DNA from: an uncultured virus (IMG/VR IMGVR_UViG_3300028591_000107)
Taxonomy: Duplodnaviria > Heunggongvirae > Uroviricota > Caudoviricetes
Virus record (IMG/VR): IMGVR_UViG_3300028591_000107
Reading direction: 5' to 3' (one strand)
DNA length: 64,000 nt
Shown: piece by piece, positions 1 through 9,249 of the stretch
How the letters are laid out: each line of letters begins with the position of its first letter
Position numbering within the stretch: the stretch's first letter is position 1
Notes under the pieces: generated by a model
What the model was told of the DNA's origin: nothing
Database searches by the model: none
What the model saw: only the letters and a program-made list of their open reading frames with translations
Program-made: the position numbers and the translations under genes

Positions 1-115
1 GTATCGGTTAATACTTATTTCAATCTACTCCTACGGTATTTTCTCGGCCGAAATTATGAATGTTATTCCAACTTATTAAGTAGTCTTCCAACTTACATCG
101 AAGGCATTCATATTG

Positions 116-187
116 AGGTCCCAATGAGATTCGAACTCATACTACCGGATTACTAAACCGGAGTTCTACCATTATAACTATAAGACC
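116..187 (-). tRNA. tRNA-Thr(AGT), atypical A34
   Basis: Cloverleaf GGTCTTA...TGGGACC; anticodon arm CCGGT-TTAGTAA-TCCGG; T-loop TTCGAAT. Confidence 0.7.
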
Positions 188-340
188 AATTTTGATAAGG
201 AAATTCTGTTATAAAGGCAATTTTTAATCTCCCACCATCAGAGAACCTTTATATATATTTACTGAACTATTTCTATTGAATATGTTGCCATTCAAATCGA
301 AAGGGGTTTTTCACCACTCCTCTTCCATTATCAGTTTTTT

Positions 341-418
341 ATTTTGTTGTATCAATCCCGAAGGTTTGAAACAACGAAAGATTTTCAATATTTTGTTGTA
401 TCAATATGTCAAAGAACT
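341..418 (-). repeat. Operon leader element: boxA-like GTTCTTTGACATATTG plus UUCG hairpin, copy 1
   Basis: Near-identical to 13934-14008. Confidence 0.8.
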
Positions 419-503
419 CGATTCTGAGTTTATTTGAAACTATCATATTCACCAAAGTGAATTGATTATGTCAAAGAACTCAAATGTAATTCGAATTTAT
501 TTC

Positions 504-545
504 GTTTTACATATATAATATAGAAATAAATTTTAAAAATTCAAA
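504..545 (-). promoter_or_regulatory. Recurrent phage promoter-like motif TTTGAA-N-TTTCTATATTATATATGTAAAAC
   Basis: Same motif upstream of many minus-strand units (1307, 14221, 25011, 26722, 36043, 36929, 58339). Confidence 0.7.
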
Positions 546-581
546 TATAATTTAAATTTTTTCTAATTTTTTCTAAATTTG

Positions 582-648
582 TTTCTTTATTTGGATTCGA
601 ACCAAAGACCTCCACTCTTGTGGTGCTCTACCTTTGAGCTATAAAGAA
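582..648 (-). ncRNA. tRNA-like RNA with truncated anticodon arm (CCAC-AAGA-GTGG)
   Basis: Perfect acceptor, D and T arms; 4-bp stem with 4-nt loop replaces the anticodon arm. Confidence 0.7.
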
Positions 649-743
649 AATCCTCATTCATAAAAACTACCATATTCCATAATGAGCATATGTACACTAT
701 CTCAAAACTTCATTACTCTCATTAGTAATCCTGATTCAAAATG

Positions 744-817
744 TGGACCGTAAGGGACTCGAACCCTTCCTATTAGCTTGCAAAGCTAACGTGCTAGCCA
801 ACTATCACTAACAGCCC
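744..817 (-). tRNA. tRNA-Ala(TGC)
   Basis: Cloverleaf, loop TTTGCAA, G3.U70 pair. Confidence 0.95.
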
Positions 818-1306
818 AATTTAATCTTCTGTCCAACTCTGATCTTAATCACCAATTGTTCTCATCTTTCAAGGACTCCAGCAAATTCTGTAAGTTACCC
901 TCAATATGTTAGCTACATCGGTGAGACCAATTCTTTTCAGAAGATAAAAAATCCGGCGATATTCTCTTACATTGTCCTTTATAGTCTGGATTCTTGCTCT
1001 ACATGTAGTTGGTGACTTTACCAAGTATCAAATTCCCATGGAAATTATCAACTCCTCAATGTAATACCTTTTCACTTTTACAAATTGTTTTACTCATTCC
1101 GTAAGAGACTACCGACTGATTACGTATAGGCTGGGATTCGAACCCAAAACTAACAATTTGTGGATTTATATTATAAACTTAACTGGAAATTCGAATTCCA
1201 ATGATTATGTTAGCCTTAACAGATTTCTCCAGGTACTCATTCAATCAGACAAACCTTCTTAAGTTTTATTTTCTTGAGTTCAAAATTTCAAAGAACGTTT
1301 TTATTT

Positions 1307-1349
1307 GTTTTACATATATTATATAGAAATTACTTTTAAAAAATTCAAA
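1307..1349 (-). promoter_or_regulatory. Promoter-like motif of the left tRNA operon, followed by boxA-like GTTCTTTGAAA (1286-1296)
   Basis: Match to the recurrent motif. Confidence 0.7.
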
Positions 1350-1357
1350 CTTTTTAT

Positions 1358-1394
1358 AAAAAAATAAGTGGTTAGATTTTTTCTAACCACTTGT
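1358..1394 (-). terminator. Intrinsic terminator of attenuator 1
   Basis: ACAAGTGGTTAGA-AAAAA-TCTAACCACTTA then U-tract; 5' arm complementary to 1441-1449. Confidence 0.85.
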
Positions 1395-1437
1395 CTTTTA
1401 TTATTATCGTTCTATTTTATTATTTATCCTATATCTA

Positions 1438-1542
1438 TTAACAAGTGGTCATACACATATATATCGCATAATCTTTATTCCAATCATTATTTAATAATGT
1501 TTGGTTAACTGCATATTTATATGTCTTATTTATCACTTGCAT
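1438..1542 (-). CDS. Putative attenuator leader peptide, 34 aa MQVINKTYKYAVNQTLLNNDWNKDYAIYMCMTTC
   Basis: ATG..TAA read manually; its 3' end is complementary to the downstream terminator arm. Confidence 0.75.
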   Translation of the reverse strand: MQVINKTYKYAVNQTLLNNDWNKDYAIYMCMTTC

Positions 1543-1601
1543 TTGTAATTTTAATATTTATAATTTATAATAGTACTTTTTTCTAAAAAAGTTTAATAAT
1601 T

Positions 1602-2570
1602 TTAAGATTTTTTTGCAAATTTTCCTCTTTTTATATTATATTGTTTAAATAAAAATTCATCATGTGCATCTGTTTCAGTATTTTTACCAAAAAATCTACC
1701 TAAATCATATGGATATTTTTTATTATTTTTTAATTTTAAAGTGTCTCCTCTATTTATTTTATACTTAATATATTCATCAATTGTTTTGGAATAAAAATGT
1801 TTTATATAACAAGTATTATATATTTTATTTAATATATAATTATATAAAACACTATTTTGTGAAAAAATTTCATCTGCATACATAAGTTTATAATCAGTAT
1901 TATAAATTAGTCTATTAAATAATACATCATATTTATACAACTGTTTTTTATGAGTTATATTATAATTATTAGTATCATAATTTAAAAAAAGTGTATGTTG
2001 ATGTTTTATTATTGGTTTAAAATTTTCGTAATTATCTATAAAATATTGTTTATTACGAATCATTGATTTAGTCTTATTAGATTTACCATTCTTTATAATA
2101 TAATTATTTTTTTCTATATTCACGGGTTCAGTAAATCTTTCTAAACAACCTCTACCGTCATCAACAATTAATCCATTATCTCCATAATGTCTCCAATTAA
2201 AAGACATATTATCGACATGTTTTGGAAATGTTTCAATAAATTTTTTTAAGTTATCATTAGTTTTAGGAATAACTAAAAATTCATCAATATCTATAATTAA
2301 ATACCAATCATATAAATCTCCATATTTTTGATAAATATCATTATAACAATATGGTTGTATTGGGTGTACATCATTATAATCAAATATTTCTGCTATCCCA
2401 TTTTCTACATAATCTTTAATAATATCATATAATTTAATAGGATAATCACTATCATTATTGTCACATAAATAAAAATGATCCACACCAATTTTTATATGCC
2501 AATCTAACCATTCTTTTATATATCGTTCTTCACATTTGAGACATGCAATTATAGCTACGGTATTATTCAT
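1602..2570 (-). CDS. Glycosyltransferase, GT2/GT92-like
   Basis: KCEERYIKEWLDWH..GVDHFYLCDN and DIDEF (DxD) motifs. Confidence 0.85.
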   Translation of the reverse strand: MNNTVAIIACLKCEERYIKEWLDWHIKIGVDHFYLCDNNDSDYPIKLYDIIKDYVENGIAEIFDYNDVHPIQPYCYNDIYQKYGDLYDWYLIIDIDEFLVIPKTNDNLKKFIETFPKHVDNMSFNWRHYGDNGLIVDDGRGCLERFTEPVNIEKNNYIIKNGKSNKTKSMIRNKQYFIDNYENFKPIIKHQHTLFLNYDTNNYNITHKKQLYKYDVLFNRLIYNTDYKLMYADEIFSQNSVLYNYILNKIYNTCYIKHFYSKTIDEYIKYKINRGDTLKLKNNKKYPYDLGRFFGKNTETDAHDEFLFKQYNIKRGKFAKKS

Positions 2571-3780
2571 TATTATTTAACTTAATATAATCACTAATAT
2601 AATGTTGTATAGAAATGTGTTGTTTTAAATTAAAAATTTTATCAATATTATTTGATATAATAAAATTATATTCATTTTTATATTTATTTTCTATTTCACT
2701 TATAGAACATTTTTTATTAATTATTTCAATAATACCCATATCAACATAAGTGTTTAAATAAGATAATTTTCTATTTTTGTCATTGATGACGATAATTTTA
2801 TTGAAACAATTAAATACATACATTTCTATAGAATTTATAATATCAATATCTAAAATTTTAATATCTGATAAATTAACAATAGCTAAACATTTTATATTTG
2901 GAAAATTCTTTTCATTATATTTTCTAAATATATTTAACTTTGGTATTGTATGTGTATTATATTTACAAAAATTAAAATAATTAAAGTTATATGATTTATA
3001 TCCTAATAATGTAAGTTTTTGAATTTTATTTATACAATATTCTTCTATAGTTTTAAATCTAAAATGTTTTAAATATGCTAAATTAAAATTTATTGTTCTT
3101 ATTTTTGATTCTCTACGTTGTTCAAAAAAATTCAATAATTTACCTTCATTATTTACAACAACTAATTTATGATTATAAAATCCAAAATTTTTATTATTCT
3201 TAAATAACTCATTAGGAATAAATCTATTTGGACAATGGGCCCCACCATGTAAATAATCTATCATTTCTACATGTTTTGCTTTACAATTAATAAAACATTT
3301 TATGTGATGATTTTCAAAAAATGTTAATGGATTTGAATTACATGGATGAGTAAATCTTATGTTTTGTGGAATATCTTTATAAAATAATTCTTCATTGTCA
3401 TCATAATTCATCCAATTAATTTTAATAATATTTACATCATTAAATATAGATCTTGACAAATATTTTTTAACATTATTATCTTTTACTAATGTCAAATACT
3501 CATCTATATCACAAAACAATATCCAATCATATTCATTTCTATTATTATCAAGACAATCTTGAAATGCTTCCATAACCGCAGGACCAACTTTATGTGATTT
3601 CCAAGAAATAAGCTTAACAAAACCAGATTGAATAAAATCCCCTATAACATCATAAGGATCTTCTATTGTATTATGATCATAAATAAAAACTGTATCAAAC
3701 CCTATATTTTTTTGATATTCTACAAATTCTCGTAAATAATTATTTTCTAAACATATAATTGAACAACTGGCTACCTTCAT
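2563..3780 (-). CDS. Glycosyltransferase, GT2/GT92-like, paralog of the previous gene
   Basis: ENNYLREFVEY..IGFD...YDHN, DIDEY, HFRFKTIEEY. Confidence 0.85.
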   Translation of the reverse strand: MKVASCSIICLENNYLREFVEYQKNIGFDTVFIYDHNTIEDPYDVIGDFIQSGFVKLISWKSHKVGPAVMEAFQDCLDNNRNEYDWILFCDIDEYLTLVKDNNVKKYLSRSIFNDVNIIKINWMNYDDNEELFYKDIPQNIRFTHPCNSNPLTFFENHHIKCFINCKAKHVEMIDYLHGGAHCPNRFIPNELFKNNKNFGFYNHKLVVVNNEGKLLNFFEQRRESKIRTINFNLAYLKHFRFKTIEEYCINKIQKLTLLGYKSYNFNYFNFCKYNTHTIPKLNIFRKYNEKNFPNIKCLAIVNLSDIKILDIDIINSIEMYVFNCFNKIIVINDKNRKLSYLNTYVDMGIIEIINKKCSISEIENKYKNEYNFIISNNIDKIFNLKQHISIQHYISDYIKLNNNE

Positions 3781-3849
3781 TATTTAACTATTATTAATAT
3801 ATATTAAAATAGTATTTAATATTTCTATTTTTAAATTAATTAATTAATT

Positions 3850-4662
3850 ATGAATAATATGAATAAAAATGTTTGTTATACATGTATAGTTGGAAATTAT
3901 GATACACTAAAAGAGCCTTTAGTAATATCTGATGATTTTGATTATATATGTTTTACAGATAATAAAAATTTAAAATCAGATAATTGGAATATAAAACCAA
4001 TACCTGAAAATTTATTATCTTTTAATAATGGAAAAATTAATCGTTATATAAAATGGACTCCACACATATTATTTCCAGAATATGAATTTTCTATTTATGT
4101 AGATGGATCATTAACAATACAAAATGATTTATTGGAATTAAAAAATAATTTTTGTAATGATTTAAATATACCAATGTATTTTATTTCTCATAATAAAAGA
4201 AAATGTGTGTATGAAGAATTCTTGGCAAATGCAAGAGGAAAAAAAGAAGATATTACAAAATTATATAATCAAATGCATAAATATTTTGAAGAAGGATTAC
4301 CATTTAATTATTTATTAACACATAATTGTATATTATTTAGATATCATAATAATCCAATTTATATTAATTTTTCAAATGCATTAATGGAAGAAATGAACAA
4401 TACAACATTTCGTGATCAATTATCTTCTCCATATATAATTTGGAAACAAAATATAAAAGAAAATATAAAATTAATTGATACAAAAATTATAAAACAATAT
4501 TTTGATTATGATAATAGTTGGAAACATGATTTGAAATATGTTAAAGAACAAAGTATATTACAAAATGTATTACATAAAATTATCGTAAATAATATATTAG
4601 ATAAATTAGAATTAGAATTATATTTAAATTTATTAAATAAAATGTTTAGGTCTTATATGTAA
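3850..4662 (+). CDS. DUF616/TOD1-MUCI70-like glycosyltransferase
   Basis: YTCIVGNYDTL, DYICFTD, PH.LFPEYE.SIYVDG, RDQLS motifs. Confidence 0.8.
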   Translation: MNNMNKNVCYTCIVGNYDTLKEPLVISDDFDYICFTDNKNLKSDNWNIKPIPENLLSFNNGKINRYIKWTPHILFPEYEFSIYVDGSLTIQNDLLELKNNFCNDLNIPMYFISHNKRKCVYEEFLANARGKKEDITKLYNQMHKYFEEGLPFNYLLTHNCILFRYHNNPIYINFSNALMEEMNNTTFRDQLSSPYIIWKQNIKENIKLIDTKIIKQYFDYDNSWKHDLKYVKEQSILQNVLHKIIVNNILDKLELELYLNLLNKMFRSYM

Positions 4663-4690
4663 AATGGGTATTCATTCGAATACCCATTTA
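4662..4690. terminator. Bidirectional terminator between convergent genes
   Basis: AAATGGGTATTC-ATTC-GAATACCCATTT hairpin. Confidence 0.75.
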
Positions 4691-4695
4691 TATAT

Positions 4696-5901
4696 TTAAT
4701 GTTTTGCAAGTTCTTCTTCAATTTTACTCATCATTTTCTTTACTTTATTAACATATTCTTGAGCATCATTAATCGCTTCCTGTGCTCTTTCATCATTATA
4801 TTTTCTATAAATCTTTGGATTATCAGCCTTATGATCTTTAGCCGTTTTTTCATCTTTATCTGCTTGATATTTTGATTTTACAGATTGATAAAATGATTTA
4901 TATGAACTTGATACATAACTCATGAGTTCACCCATATCAAAATATATATCAAGATATTCAGGTTTAGACATTATCTTTTCATATAACTTAATGACTTCTT
5001 CATTTGTTTTTTTAATCTCTTCAAAAAAATCTTTACTATTATCTTGTAATTTTTTGGCACGCATTGCATCTGCTAATACTTTATATCTAGAACGTTGTAA
5101 CTTAAGTAAATTATCTAAAGATTTCTTATCATAATTAATTACACCCTTTTGTGATTCGGTGCGGGTATCAATTAAATCTTTATAGTCTTTAATCATATCA
5201 TTAGTAATTTCTAATGCATAAACCTTTATTCCTGGAACTTCGGCAAGTTCATTAAGCATATCGATAACTTCTCCTGCCTTAAGTGGACGTGTTTTATATG
5301 AATAATAATCCTTAAGATATTCTTTAAGTTCACTATTAATTTTATATTTAGTGCCATCACCATATTTTGCCATACGTTCTGATTTAAAGTAATACATTCC
5401 ATCAGATTTTGCATCTTCTCCATATGCTTTAATAAAATTAATTATATTACCATCTGGATCCGTAATAATATAATTTGCATTAGCATCAGCCTTTCCATAT
5501 GTTTTTTTAATAAGTTTTATTAATGCCTTATCATTTGGTACATATTCTTTAAAATCATTATCAGTAATTTCAGACCATTTTAAACCTTGTATACCTTTTT
5601 TATCAGGACCATAACGTAGAGATTTTACTTTAGGACCAAATATAGAAGCAAAATTAGTTAAGTTAGGATCATGCTTAGATCCATCAGAATATGGATATCT
5701 TTCATCTTGATCCTTAGCTCTTTCTATTTTTTTAATGTTGTTATCCTTTTCAATATCATAAATTTTCTGTGCTAATTTTTGAACTAATGTAGATTTAAAT
5801 GATTCATTAACTATTTCATCACTAACAATTATATTAATCATTTCATTAATGACTAATACATCATAATTATAATCATTTAAATATTCTAATAATTGTTTCA
5901 T
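4696..5901 (-). CDS. Hypothetical protein, probably virion-internal
   Basis: 401-aa ORF; N-terminal MKQLLEYL..INE..VNES resembles prohead-protease processed leaders. Confidence 0.6.
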   Translation of the reverse strand: MKQLLEYLNDYNYDVLVINEMINIIVSDEIVNESFKSTLVQKLAQKIYDIEKDNNIKKIERAKDQDERYPYSDGSKHDPNLTNFASIFGPKVKSLRYGPDKKGIQGLKWSEITDNDFKEYVPNDKALIKLIKKTYGKADANANYIITDPDGNIINFIKAYGEDAKSDGMYYFKSERMAKYGDGTKYKINSELKEYLKDYYSYKTRPLKAGEVIDMLNELAEVPGIKVYALEITNDMIKDYKDLIDTRTESQKGVINYDKKSLDNLLKLQRSRYKVLADAMRAKKLQDNSKDFFEEIKKTNEEVIKLYEKIMSKPEYLDIYFDMGELMSYVSSSYKSFYQSVKSKYQADKDEKTAKDHKADNPKIYRKYNDERAQEAINDAQEYVNKVKKMMSKIEEELAKH

Positions 5902-5937
5902 TTATGTATTATTATATTTATTTAAAAATAATAAATA

Positions 5938-5971
5938 AAAAAGAAGATTAGCAAATTAACTAATCTTCTTT
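5938..5971 (-). terminator. Terminator at the end of the large tRNA operon
   Basis: AAAGAAGATTAG...CTAATCTTCTTT hairpin with T-tract. Confidence 0.8.
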
Positions 5972-5976
5972 ATAAG

Positions 5977-6056
5977 TACCTCCCCTGGGATTCGAACCCA
6001 GACCCAATTAAGGACCGCTTTTGAGACGGCTGCGTAGACCATTCCGCCAGAGAGGC
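5977..6056 (-). tRNA. tRNA-Leu(CAA)
   Basis: Cloverleaf with variable arm, loop CTCAAAA. Confidence 0.9.
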
Positions 6057-6080
6057 ATATCATATTGATACAACAAATAT

Positions 6081-6329
6081 TTAATTTATCTTATACAATT
6101 CTTCCTTTTCTATTGCCCTTCTAATCCATCTCATCAGAATTATACATTTATCATAATGAGTTAAAAATATAGCAGTTTCACCAACATCATGTTTATCGGA
6201 CAAATCTATATCAAGTGAATAAATTGTACTATCTTCTACTGTTATATGATAAACAGCTATTCCTCCGGATTTTATACAATCAAGTTCGGCAGAACCTTTT
6301 ACAATAGTTTTTAAATCATGAGTAATCAT
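6081..6329 (-). CDS. Small hypothetical protein inside the tRNA array
   Basis: 82-aa ORF with AT-rich initiation region. Confidence 0.7.
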   Translation of the reverse strand: MITHDLKTIVKGSAELDCIKSGGIAVYHITVEDSTIYSLDIDLSDKHDVGETAIFLTHYDKCIILMRWIRRAIEKEELYKIN

Positions 6330-6357
6330 ATTTTATTTATTGAATTTTATTTATATG

Positions 6358-6451
6358 ATGTGTAGTAGGCTATCGAAACCTACCCGTAAGGATGTATAGT
6401 ACCCTACTTTCCACGAATGTTTATAAACTATACTTATAAACACATACACAT
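6358..6451 (-). ncRNA. tRNA-like element (acceptor stem and T-like arm, non-canonical middle)
   Basis: ATGTGTA/TACACAT stem, GTAGG-TTTCGATAG-CCTAC arm. Confidence 0.45.
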
Positions 6452-6496
6452 TCTCATTTAGTTTTTCGTTTCGGCAAAAACTAACAAAAACCTCAG

Positions 6497-6577
6497 TGCG
6501 TCTGGTGGGACTCGAACCCACACCTCCGAAGAGCTAGATCCTTAGTCTAGTGCGTATCCCAATTCCGCCACAGACGC
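6497..6577 (-). tRNA. tRNA-Leu(AAG), A34
   Basis: Anticodon arm CTAGA-CTAAGGA-TCTAG, type II variable arm. Confidence 0.9.
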
Positions 6578-6714
6578 ATTATATATTTCCTATACAAGAG
6601 ACCCTTGGATTAATGAGTAACGATAACCACTCATCTTGTAGTCATTGGAAATATTTTTCTAACAGTTTTATTTTAACCGGATAAACTTGTTATTAAAACG
6701 CGGTATCGTATTTG

Positions 6715-6788
6715 TTGGGCTGGTCAGAGTCAAACTGACGATCCCTTGCGTGTAAAACAAGTGCTTTAAATCACTAAGCTACAGCCCA
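6715..6788 (-). tRNA. tRNA-Val(TAC)
   Basis: CTTGT-TTTACAC-GCAAG. Confidence 0.85.
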
Positions 6789-6867
6789 ATAAATGACGGT
6801 TCCATTATGTAAACGGCGATGCGCATCGCTGTGCCTATGCTGAAAGTCACCGACAACCAAAAGTACG

Positions 6868-6939
6868 TCGGGATAACGGGACTCGAACCCATAACTTCTG
6901 CTTCAGAGGCATTTGTGTTCACCATTACACCATATCCCA
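6868..6939 (-). tRNA. tRNA-Gln(CTG)
   Basis: TGGGATA acceptor, loop CTCTGAA. Confidence 0.8.
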
Positions 6940-7149
6940 ATAAAACCAGTATTTTGAGACTGGTAACTCACAATCCTTGCTTTTTCTGGGGAATTGCTCG
7001 TGTTTTTGGACCGCTAACTTTTTAATTCAAAGGACATCCGTTCCTCCACGATACAAGGCCTCATCATCCTTTATTGACACATGTAGAATGCCATTCTACT
7101 TCTCTTCGTATTGTGCCCGATACTAGTCGGTGCGTTATTCCAACAGGTG

Positions 7150-7236
7150 TCGGGATAGAGAGATTCGAACTCTCACGTATCATTTTCAACGCCAGATTCT
7201 AAGTCTGGTGCGTCTGTCCATTTTCGCCATATCCCG
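7150..7236 (-). tRNA. tRNA-Leu(TAG)
   Basis: CCAGA-CTTAGAA-TCTGG, long variable arm. Confidence 0.9.
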
Positions 7237-7268
7237 ATTTGCCAAAATGATGGAAAGGTAGACATCGA

Positions 7269-7327
7269 TGGTAACGTTGGAATCGAACCAAATAGCTAGC
7301 ATACATGTACCATTTACTGCGTTACCA
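7269..7327 (-). ncRNA. Mini tRNA-like RNA lacking an anticodon arm
   Basis: GGTAACG/CGTTACC acceptor, GTA-AATGG-TAC D-like arm, TTGG-TTCGATT-CCAA T arm. Confidence 0.6.
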
Positions 7328-7334
7328 ATGTAAA

Positions 7335-7403
7335 AACCTCCCATAGGAATTTAACCTACATCTCTTGGTAAAATCCAAGGCTCTAACGTTGAGCTAAAGA
7401 GGT
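7335..7403 (-). ncRNA. tRNA-like RNA with 6-nt anticodon loop and degenerate T loop
   Basis: GCTC/GAGC D stem; CTTGG-ATTTTA-CCAAG. Confidence 0.55.
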
Positions 7404-7405
7404 AG

Positions 7406-7493
7406 CGGAGAGCACCGGAGTCGAACCGGAGCCGAAATTACCGACCGAAGCGGGTTAGCAATCCGTCCTTATCACCGTCAAAGTTTACTCTCC
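7406..7493 (-). tRNA. tRNA-Ser(GCT)
   Basis: GGAGAG acceptor, G73, long variable arm, loop TTGCTAA. Confidence 0.85.
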
Positions 7494-7580
7494 AATAAAT
7501 TCTTTAATTTGTTTAATAACTTCTTTTGTATTATTACAACAATATTCCCAATCTATTCTTAATTTTGTCCAATTTTGTTT
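7485..7580 (-). pseudogene. C-terminal remnant of a DUF559/Vsr-like endonuclease
   Basis: Frame KQNWTKLRIDWEYCCNNTKEVIKQIKEFIGE* resembles the C-terminus of 10615..11547; no start codon. Confidence 0.5.
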
Positions 7581-7622
7581 AAAATAAAAAATAAGGCTAT
7601 TAACCTTATTTTTAATGTTAAT

Positions 7623-8099
7623 TTAAAATTTTATTTTGTTAGTATACTTAAATAAATATTCTAATGAATCAGTATATAAATCTTCATACTTTTCATCATA
7701 AGAAGATTTTTTAATTGATAATGTTATGAATTCATCTTGATTAATTAATTCTATTTGACAAACTGGTTTATTATCATTTTCAAAATTAATATCTATTCCA
7801 TTATATCTTTTCCTACCAATATTTGTTGTTAATGAATTCAATTTTATTATTAACTTATTACCTAATATATTTTTATTGATTTCTTGTTCACAATCTTTAA
7901 AATATTTTAGTATTGATATTGATTTTTGAATTTCTGGATATTTTTTAAATTGATTAAATTTGTAATAATACTTACCAAAATCAATTTTATCATATTCAAA
8001 ATCATATTTACTTAAAAAGGAATATATTGGATAATTATTAATTTTTGTTTTACTATTAATTTTTAATTTTTCATTTATAAAATCAATTATTTTTTGCAT
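7623..8099 (-). CDS. Hypothetical protein with MxxIxDFINEKLKI N-terminus
   Basis: 158-aa ORF; terminator-like hairpin near 7590-7612. Confidence 0.65.
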   Translation of the reverse strand: MQKIIDFINEKLKINSKTKINNYPIYSFLSKYDFEYDKIDFGKYYYKFNQFKKYPEIQKSISILKYFKDCEQEINKNILGNKLIIKLNSLTTNIGRKRYNGIDINFENDNKPVCQIELINQDEFITLSIKKSSYDEKYEDLYTDSLEYLFKYTNKIKF

Positions 8100-8342
8100 A
8101 TTAAATTATTTTATTTTTTTGTCTGTTATAATTAAAAATAAATATTTATTACAAACCAAATATAAAAATATCTTTACATTCCACTATCCTGTACAACTGT
8201 CAATCAAGCGTTGCCTACAGTAACTTCTCCAAATCATGTTTATATGAACACTATTGTTATGTCCTTTAAGATATTTAAATACATTGTTTAACTGGTACAA
8301 TGTATAAAACCTCGATAGAATCTTACTATAAGTAAGATTTCG

Positions 8343-8414
8343 GGGGTTATGCCGGAGTCGAACCAGCCTAGTGAGAACCACAACCTCATGTCCTACCGAT
8401 GAACGAATAGCCCC
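8343..8414 (-). tRNA. tRNA-His(GTG)
   Basis: G-1/C73, loop TTGTGGT. Confidence 0.85.
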
Positions 8415-8609
8415 ATATAAGTCAATTCTCTAAAAGAGGTGTTGCCAAAACTTAAATTGACAAATAGATTTCTCACCCGAGACCTCCGGAGTTTTCCTTG
8501 ATATCATTGCTGACCGTACTTCCACCTATCTCTTTGGGATAACCCACTACTCCAATTGGTGTTCCTTAAAATCTATCAATATTAGTTTTAATATTAGTTT
8601 TGCTCTTAG

Positions 8610-8694
8610 GGTGTTAGATGGGATTCGAACCCACATTGAGATAAACTCGATGATTCACAGTCACCTGCCTGTAACCAATTCGGCTACTAACACC
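8610..8694 (-). tRNA. tRNA-His(GTG) with long variable arm
   Basis: G-1/C73; GGTGA-CTGTGAA-TCATC; variable arm GAG-TTTAT-CTC. Confidence 0.8.
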
Positions 8695-8886
8695 ATATAA
8701 AAACAGGTCAACCATTTTCCCTGTTATGTCCCGATATGAACACATGTAAACATTGTATTAACAGTGTTACTAAGTTTTTCACCATAATCAAGGCTTATAG
8801 CTGCACAAGCAACGAGGACGGGATTTCAACTTTAACCTCTAAAATGGCCTACACGGATTTTAAGAGGCTGTAGGGAATCCTCATTG

Positions 8887-9031
8887 AGTGGACAGTTGGA
8901 TTTGAACCAACATTTCCGGCTTGGAATGCAATAATTTGAAGTACCTCTCAACTACAACAATCTTCCGATGTAAAAGCGTTAAAAGTTAATAAAAAATTTT
9001 TAACGGCGTACTACCCTTATACGATATCCAC
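8887..9031 (-). ncRNA. tRNA-Gly-like body with a Y-RNA-like stem inserted in the anticodon arm
   Basis: GTGGATA/TGTCCAC acceptor, intact D and T arms; insert carries TGTTGTAGTTGAGAGGTACTTC. Confidence 0.7.
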
Positions 9032-9145
9032 ATAAATGATAGAAACCACTTAAACTATCATATATAATTACTTACAGTTAATTATACATTTTTTATATCG
9101 ACCTGCTGTAAGAACCTTTATCGATACTGGACTATTTTTATTGTG

Positions 9146-9217
9146 AGCGGCGTACCAGATTCGAACTGGCTCCTTAAGAATGGCGATCTCATATGCAACC
9201 ATTAACACCTACACCGC
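9146..9217 (-). tRNA. tRNA-Gly(GCC), C33
   Basis: GCG acceptor, U73, loop TCGCCAT. Confidence 0.85.
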
Positions 9218-9249
9218 ATATTCGGTTTTACTTAGATCCGAAAACTTAG

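Noticed and set aside
1125..1265. Additional tRNA genes from two T-arm-like hairpins
   Set aside because: No convincing D or anticodon arms could be folded; possibly remnants.
8887..9031. Group I intron in tRNA-Gly
   Set aside because: The insert is only about 75 nt, lacks a group I core and shares its motif with free-standing elements.
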